A stretch of 64,000 nt of DNA from Candidatus Latescibacterota bacterium (GTDB taxonomy: Bacteria > Krumholzibacteriota > Krumholzibacteriia > WVZY01). Below are positions 58,196-64,000 of the stretch, in pieces (the stretch's first letter is position 1; each line of letters starts with the position of its first letter). Made by a program: the position numbers and the translations under genes. The stretch spans positions 192,001 through 256,000 of the forward strand of contig CAWBQK010000017.1 in the NCBI GenBank assembly GCA_963791045.1, in the 5' to 3' direction. The notes beneath the pieces are model-generated. The model was not told the DNA's origin and did no database searches. It worked only from the letters and a program-made list of their open reading frames with translations.

Positions 58196-58750
58196 ATGAA
58201 ACCAAAAATAGTGGGAACAACAATTCTCGGGGTCAGGTTGGGTGGACGCGCCGCGATAGGCGGCGACGGCCAGGTCACCCTCGGCACCACTATCATCAAG
58301 CAGAACGCCACCAAGATACGGACGCTCGGAGAGGGCAAGGTTTTGGCGGGTTTTGCGGGGAGCACCGCCGACGCTCTCACGCTTTTTGAGCGGTTCGAAG
58401 GAACTCTGGAGAAATACAGCGGCAACCTGAAGCGCGCCGCCGTTGAGTTGGCGAAGGAATGGCGCAGCGACAGAATTCTGAGACGTCTCGAAGCGATGCT
58501 CGCGGTAATGGACGCGGAGTCATCGATTATTCTTTCAGGCACAGGGGATGTGGTGGAACCGGAAGATGCGGTTATCGCGCTCGGGTCGGGGGGGCCATAC
58601 GCGCTGGCCGCGGCCCGCGCTTTCTTGCGGGCTGGGTACGATGACCCGGAAAAGATCGTCCGAGAGGCCCTGGATATTACGGGAAGGATTTGCCTTTATA
58701 CGAACACGAACATAACCGTCGAGACTCTCGACGGGCTAAACAAACAATAA
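58196..58750 (+). CDS. hslV: ATP-dependent protease subunit HslV
   Basis: [25 protein letters not shown]. Confidence 0.97.
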   Translation: MKPKIVGTTILGVRLGGRAAIGGDGQVTLGTTIIKQNATKIRTLGEGKVLAGFAGSTADALTLFERFEGTLEKYSGNLKRAAVELAKEWRSDRILRRLEAMLAVMDAESSIILSGTGDVVEPEDAVIALGSGGPYALAAARAFLRAGYDDPEKIVREALDITGRICLYTNTNITVETLDGLNKQ

Positions 58751-58787
58751 CGGGATAGAAACGAATTCACATGTTGGGAGGAGAGGG

Positions 58788-60137
58788 ATGTCAAATTTGA
58801 CTCCTCGTCAGATTGTTGTAGAACTTGACCGGTATATCGTCGGTCAAAACGACGCGAAAAAGTCGGTGGCGATTGCGCTGCGAAACCGATGGCGGAGACG
58901 GCAAGCTTCAGAGGATATGCGAGACGAAATCCTGCCGAATAACATTATTATGATCGGCCCCACGGGCGTCGGAAAAACTGAGATAGCGAGAAGACTCGCG
59001 CGTCTGGTTAGCGCCCCGTTTGTCAAAGTTGAGGCAAGCAACTATACCGAGGTCGGGTATGTCGGCCGCGACGTGGAAAGTATGATCCGCGACCTGGTCG
59101 AAATATCGATCGGAATGGTGAAGACCGAGCACCAGGCCCGGATCCAGAAGCAGGTTGAAGAGGCCGTCGAAGAACGTCTGGTCGATCTGTTGATGCCGGC
59201 CGCCCCGACGCCCGGGACCACCCCGGAAGAAAATATCGAAATCCAGGCGCGGCGCGGCCGCACGAGGGAAAAACTCCTGGTCAAGCTTAGATCCGGAGAT
59301 CTCGAGGAAAGAAGTGTCCATATCAGAACCGCCCCGTCATCGTCGCCGATGATCGAAATCTTCACCCGCGGCGGGGTCGATGACATGGGGATACAAATGC
59401 CGGGAAACATGAACCCGTTTGGCCCCCAGAAGCCGAAGGACAGAGATCTGACCATACGCCAGGCAAGGGAGTACCTTCGCGGGGAAGAGGCGGAGAAACT
59501 TCTCGATATGGAAAAGATCCTCGAAGATGCCAAAAAGCGGGTCGAAAACACGGGGATCGTTTTTGTGGACGAGATCGACAAGATTGCGGGCACCTCATCG
59601 CGATCTTCGGGCCCTGATGTGTCCCGCGAAGGGGTCCAGCGTGATCTGCTACCGATCGTAGAAGGGTGTGCCGTGAATACTCGTCACGGAGTGGTGAGAA
59701 CCGACCACATTCTCTTTATCGCCGCGGGCGCTTTCAACATTGCCAAGCCATCCGAACTCATTCCCGAGTTCCAGGGGCGGTTCCCGATACGTGTGGAGCT
59801 TTCTTCGCTCGGCGAAAAAGACTTCGTGAGGATTCTTACGGAGCCGGACAATTCGCTTGTGAAGCAGTACAAGGCGTTGCTCATGTCGGAAGCGTGCCGG
59901 CTGGATTTTTCAGATGATGCCATCGCTGAAATCGCGCGAGTCGCCGCGACGGCCAACGACCGCTCGGAGAACATCGGCGCCCGTCGGCTCCAGACTGTTC
60001 TCGCGACGCTTCTCGAGGAACTCTTGTTCGATCTCCCGGAGTCTGATAAAAAGAGCATCAAATTTACCGGTGAGGACGTCAAAAACAAACTGGATAAGAT
60101 TCTCGCGGACGAAGACTTGACACGATACATTCTCTGA
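58788..60137 (+). CDS. hslU: ATP-dependent protease ATPase HslU
   Basis: GPTGVGKTE, EVGYVGRD, DEIDK, GVQRDLLP, GARRL. Confidence 0.98.
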   Translation: MSNLTPRQIVVELDRYIVGQNDAKKSVAIALRNRWRRRQASEDMRDEILPNNIIMIGPTGVGKTEIARRLARLVSAPFVKVEASNYTEVGYVGRDVESMIRDLVEISIGMVKTEHQARIQKQVEEAVEERLVDLLMPAAPTPGTTPEENIEIQARRGRTREKLLVKLRSGDLEERSVHIRTAPSSSPMIEIFTRGGVDDMGIQMPGNMNPFGPQKPKDRDLTIRQAREYLRGEEAEKLLDMEKILEDAKKRVENTGIVFVDEIDKIAGTSSRSSGPDVSREGVQRDLLPIVEGCAVNTRHGVVRTDHILFIAAGAFNIAKPSELIPEFQGRFPIRVELSSLGEKDFVRILTEPDNSLVKQYKALLMSEACRLDFSDDAIAEIARVAATANDRSENIGARRLQTVLATLLEELLFDLPESDKKSIKFTGEDVKNKLDKILADEDLTRYIL

Positions 60138-60173
60138 TCGGACGGCCGGCACGGAGAACAACAGGAGGGTCAA

Positions 60174-61254
60174 TTGAGAATTCGGGTGCTGTGTATTGCG
60201 GCGGTTCTTTTTATGACGGCCTGCGCGATATCGGAGCCACCACCGGGCGGACCGGAAGACCGGACGGCGCCCACCGTTTTGTCTTCCTCCCCGGAAAACG
60301 GAACGGCGGGTGTTGCCGCGGACGCCGAGGTTAAAGTCGAGTTCAGCGAGGGGATGACAAGGGCGCGGTTTGAAAGGTTTTTTGAATTGTCACCCAGCGT
60401 TAGTCGTTCGGAAAGTGAAGTGGAAAGGTGACACCGCCGTCCTGGTTTTCAGTGAAAGTCTACACCCGGACACAACCTATATTGTCAAATTGAAATCAGG
60501 ATACAGCGACAGGCATGGCGTCCGCGGAGAGCGTCCGTTTGAGTTCGCGTTCGCGACGTCGGCCACCATCGATACAGGCGTCGTCGCCGGGACCGTTCTT
60601 TTCAGACGGGAGCCGTCGCCGAAGGGGGTCATAAAGGTTTTTGTCCTGCCGAAGGATTCGACGTTCGCGGTCGAAGCATCGCGCCCGGACAGACAAACCG
60701 GGACGGCGGAGGATGGCGTGTTCGAAGCGGGCTATCTCCCAGCCAGAAATGTCCCGATGCTGGTGTGGGCGTTTCATGATGAGGACGGAAATGGAGTGTA
60801 CGACCCCGAGAAGGAAGCGGGCGCCGGCATTCCGGATACTCTTTTCCTGACAGACGCGCGACCGCGGATTGACGGACTTGTTATCGATATCGTCGACCCA
60901 CGCGAACCCGGCGTGATCTCGGGGCGCGTTTTTAACGAAACGGAGTTCGATTCGATACTGTTCACGGTTGCCCTGCACGAAGTCACCGATTCGCTTCCCC
61001 CGACCTATTTGAAATTGTCAAACTTCAAGGGCGATTTCAGTTTTGACAACGTTCTCAAAGGCTCCTACACGCTGCACGCGTTTATCGATTTCAAGAGGGA
61101 TAGTCTGTGCGGTGAGTATCCCTGCCGTGATGATTCTACGAGGATGTGCGTCGAACCGTGCGTTGTTTATTCGGACACACTTGTGATCGAACCGGGAGGC
61201 AAGATCGAGAACATAGACGTCACACTCGAGCCCGTTGAGAGAAGAGAGGAATAA
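60174..61254 (+). CDS. Ig-like (Big_5) domain lipoprotein, split by frameshift near 60400
   Basis: TAC-AISEPPPGGPEDRTAP start typical of this FCB family; continues in ORF 60370..61254 (VKWKGDT..LHPDTTY..AFATSATID..AFHDEDGNGVYD). Confidence 0.8.
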
Positions 61255-61258
61255 GGGA

Positions 61259-62098
61259 ATGAGGATACCCTTTACAAAAATGAACGGCGCGGGAAACGAT
61301 TTTGTCATGATCGACAACAGGGATGCATCTCTGACGCTCCTGGCGGTTGAAATACGCGGTTTGTGCGATCGAAAACGAGGGGTCGGCGCCGACGGAGTTA
61401 TCATGGTTGAGAACGACGACACCGCGGACTTCAGGATGAGGTATTACAATGCGGACGGAGGCGAGGCCGAGATGTGCGGGAACGGTGCGCGTTGTGTGGC
61501 ACTGTTCGCGTCGACGCTTGGGCTGGGTTTGCGAAACGCTGGAGAGACCGTCGTATCGTTTGTCACGCAGCCGGGAGTGATGAAGGCGTCGGTCCGTGAC
61601 AACCGGGTTACGGTCGCCATGACCGATGCGGTGGGATTCGAAAAGGATGTTGTTCTCGATACAAACGCCGGCCGGGAGACGGTCCACATTGTTAACACGG
61701 GCGTGCCTCACGCCGTATCGATCGTCGAGGATTGGGCGACGCTCACGGACGAAGCAGTATTGGAGAGAGGCCACGCGATCCGCCGGCATGACAAATTTTC
61801 TCCCGCCGGAATAAACGCGAATTTTATCCATCTTCGGGAAGACGGGGTCGTTGAGATCCGAACCTACGAGCGTGGTGTCGAATCCGAGACGCTTGCGTGC
61901 GGGACGGGGTCAGTGGCCGCCGCGGTAGTTGCGGAAAAACTCGACCTTGCGAAAACGCCAATTCGGCTTTTTACCCATGGCGGGGACGTGCTCGAGGTTT
62001 CGTTCTCTCCGTCGCCGTCCGGGGCTTTCGGTGTGACCCTTGGGGGTCCGGCGGCCGTCAATTTTGAAGGTAATTTGGACATTCCAGAAAAGGGGTAA
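61259..62098 (+). CDS. dapF: Diaminopimelate epimerase
   Basis: KMNGAGNDF, EMCGNGARC, TGVPH, TYERGVESETLACGTG. Confidence 0.97.
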   Translation: MRIPFTKMNGAGNDFVMIDNRDASLTLLAVEIRGLCDRKRGVGADGVIMVENDDTADFRMRYYNADGGEAEMCGNGARCVALFASTLGLGLRNAGETVVSFVTQPGVMKASVRDNRVTVAMTDAVGFEKDVVLDTNAGRETVHIVNTGVPHAVSIVEDWATLTDEAVLERGHAIRRHDKFSPAGINANFIHLREDGVVEIRTYERGVESETLACGTGSVAAAVVAEKLDLAKTPIRLFTHGGDVLEVSFSPSPSGAFGVTLGGPAAVNFEGNLDIPEKG

Positions 62099-62102
62099 CA
62101 CG

Positions 62103-62984
62103 ATGGAATTCCGAGGGGCGTACACGGCGCTCGTGACGCCGTTTCGTGATGGAGCGGTCGACATCGACGCGTTTCGGGGGCTGCTCGAAGCGCAGAAGGC
62201 CGCCGGGATCGCCGGCGTGGTTCCATGCGGTTGTACCGGGGAAGCGGCCACCCTGAGTGTGGAGGAACGGAATCTTCTGCTCGAAACGGCGCTGGAGACG
62301 GTGGGGGACGAGTTGAACGTGATCCCGGGAACCGGGTCGAACTCGACGGAGGCATCGATTGCGTTGACTCGCGATGCGGAGAAGGCGGGCGCGCACGCGG
62401 CAATGTTGATTACCCCTTATTACAACAAGCCCTCGCAAGCCGGTTTGATAGACCATTATCGTCGTGTGGCGGACGCGACGTCACTGCCGCTCATTCTTTA
62501 CAACGTACCGAGTAGAACCGGTGTGACGTTGAGTCCCGACACGGTCGCTGTTCTCTTCGCGACGGGTCGGTTTGCCGCGCTCAAAGAAGCCGGAGGCAGC
62601 GTCGACGCGGTGTCCGATATCAGGGCGGCAAGCGATATCACTATTCTATCCGGGGATGACTCGTTGACCGTCCCAATGCTATCACTCGGCGCGCGCGGCG
62701 TAGTTTCGGTGGTTTCGAACCTGTATCCCGGCGTTGTCCGCGAGATGGTTGCCAGCGCTCTCAAGGGAGACTTCGAAACCGCATCGCGGCTCCACTTCAA
62801 ACTTTTGCCTGTTGTCCGCGCGGCGTTTTGCGAGTCAAATCCGTCGCCAATGAAAGCGATGCTCGCGCAGAAGGGCCTAATCGCCAACGAACTCCGTCCG
62901 CCGCTGGCGGCGGTGTGCGAAGCGAGTCTGGAACTCATCCGTGCGACGCTCGAAGACGTCGGCGGAATTGGAGGTGGAAAATAG
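62103..62984 (+). CDS. dapA: 4-hydroxy-tetrahydrodipicolinate synthase
   Basis: TALVTPF, GCTGE, PYYNKP, YNVPSRT, LKEA, LSGDD, SNPSPMK. Confidence 0.96.
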   Translation: MEFRGAYTALVTPFRDGAVDIDAFRGLLEAQKAAGIAGVVPCGCTGEAATLSVEERNLLLETALETVGDELNVIPGTGSNSTEASIALTRDAEKAGAHAAMLITPYYNKPSQAGLIDHYRRVADATSLPLILYNVPSRTGVTLSPDTVAVLFATGRFAALKEAGGSVDAVSDIRAASDITILSGDDSLTVPMLSLGARGVVSVVSNLYPGVVREMVASALKGDFETASRLHFKLLPVVRAAFCESNPSPMKAMLAQKGLIANELRPPLAAVCEASLELIRATLEDVGGIGGGK

Positions 62985-63766
62985 TGGACGGCAGACCGGG
63001 TAAAACGCTGTCTCTGGTCCTTAGCGGTTGGCGTGGGCGGATGGAAATCCTGATCCGAGAACTGGCGGAACGGTCGGAGGGGTTCAGGGTTGCGGGAATC
63101 CTCGAGTTGGGGACAGGTGGGGAGAAAACAAAAGAACCGCTGGCAGAGGGCCTCCTGATTGACGATATTTCAAAAGTAGAAGGCGGGGTTGACGTTCTGG
63201 TCGATTTTTCGATCCCGGAGACGCTGCTCGGGGTCGTCGAGCATCTTGGCGGTACGGGGGTCAGACTCGTATCCGGCACGACGGGGTTGGAAGACAAAGA
63301 GTTGAAAGCGCTTAGAGCGTATTCTGAGGAATGTGCCGTATTCTACGATGAAAACATGAGTTACGGAATCTCTGTATTAAAACGGCTCCTGGCGACGGCA
63401 TCGCCGTTGCTTGGCGAGAAAGCTGATGTAGAGATCGTCGAGTACCATCACTCGGGAAAAAAGGACTTTCCCAGCGGTACGACATTCGGTCTTGCACGGG
63501 CCATCGACGCGGAAGCCACCGTGATCCGCGGGCGGCCATCCGGCGGATCCCCACCGTCCACACGCCAGATTCCCTCCCATTCGATCCGGATTGGCGGTAT
63601 CCCGGGACAACACGACGTATATTTCGGAACCCCCGAGGAAGTCGTTTGTATTTCCCACCGCGCCTTATCGAGGGACGTTTTTGCGCGGGGTGCTCTCCGT
63701 GCGGCCGAATATATCGCAGATCGGAAACCGGGTATGTATTCGATGGAGGACCTCACGGGAGTATAG
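62984..63766 (+). CDS. dapB: 4-hydroxy-tetrahydrodipicolinate reductase
   Basis: VDFS, VSGTTG, NMSYG, EYHHSGKKDFPSGT, SIRIGGIPGQH, FARGA. Confidence 0.92.
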   Translation: MDGRPGKTLSLVLSGWRGRMEILIRELAERSEGFRVAGILELGTGGEKTKEPLAEGLLIDDISKVEGGVDVLVDFSIPETLLGVVEHLGGTGVRLVSGTTGLEDKELKALRAYSEECAVFYDENMSYGISVLKRLLATASPLLGEKADVEIVEYHHSGKKDFPSGTTFGLARAIDAEATVIRGRPSGGSPPSTRQIPSHSIRIGGIPGQHDVYFGTPEEVVCISHRALSRDVFARGALRAAEYIADRKPGMYSMEDLTGV

Positions 63767-63767
63767 C

Positions 63768-64000
63768 GTGACATCGAGTCGTTGGATACTCATCCCGATC
63801 GCCGGGATGCTGTTGTTGGGGCTTCTGGTGGGCGGCCCGGCGCACGCGCAGTATCCTTACGGCAAAAACAAGGTCGTGTATTCGGGAAAAAAGTGGAAAG
63901 TCCTTAAGACCGAACACGTCGATATTTACTACTATCCGGACGAACAAAACCTCGTTCTTTTTGCCGCGCCCCTGGTCGAAGAGACTTTTCTCGAGTTTTC
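63768..64000 (+). CDS. 5' part of secreted protein, probably the peptidase-MA-like/PD40/Omp85 family
   Basis: Manual translation: signal peptide ..AHA-QYPYGKNKVVYSGKKWKVLKTEHVDIYYY, resembling the 'GKNKVQY..W....T.HFDIY' N-terminus of that family; truncated by window end. Confidence 0.65.
   Translation, partial: MTSSRWILIPIAGMLLLGLLVGGPAHAQYPYGKNKVVYSGKKWKVLKTEHVDIYYYPDEQNLVLFAAPLVEETFLEF

Overview
Ordinary chromosomal DNA (moderately GC-rich by eye) from a diderm bacterium. It is most consistent with the FCB superphylum, probably a Krumholzibacteriota/Latescibacterota-like candidate phylum. This is an inference from the PorV-like barrel, FlgD/T9SS-like C-terminal domains, a GWxTD protein, bS22 and 'TWGxxKxxY' tails. 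The left part (1-21 kb) is rich in secreted/envelope proteins: LVIVD propeller, M64 and M1 peptidases, FG-GAP-like protein, two paralogous TWG-tail proteins, TonB-like, GWxTD-TPR and NfeD/SPFH. It also carries mdh, yitJ, an HNH nuclease, tRNA-Leu and tRNA-Ala. The middle holds sppA-ihfB-bS22, then a signalling block (PilZ, hybrid histidine kinase, two sigma-54 activators), a PorV-like gene, mltD, a diguanylate cyclase and comEC. The right part is housekeeping: purN-purC-purH-guaA, slt, TPR/DnaJ, csp, secA, smg-topA-trmFO-xerC-hslVU and dapF-dapA-dapB. I saw no CRISPR array, prophage or IS. Best leads: (1) a putative short C-terminal sorting signal on two tandem secreted paralogues in a genome with T9SS-like parts; (2) two free-standing candidate small RNAs, one with a sigma-54-like promoter; (3) a sigma-54 promoter and a TGACA-N3-TGTCA operator suggesting a local sigma-54 circuit; (4) a pseudo-PP2C/TM/beta-propeller fusion; (5) an extra four-Cys insert in SecA. 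Four single-base frameshifts look like assembly errors.
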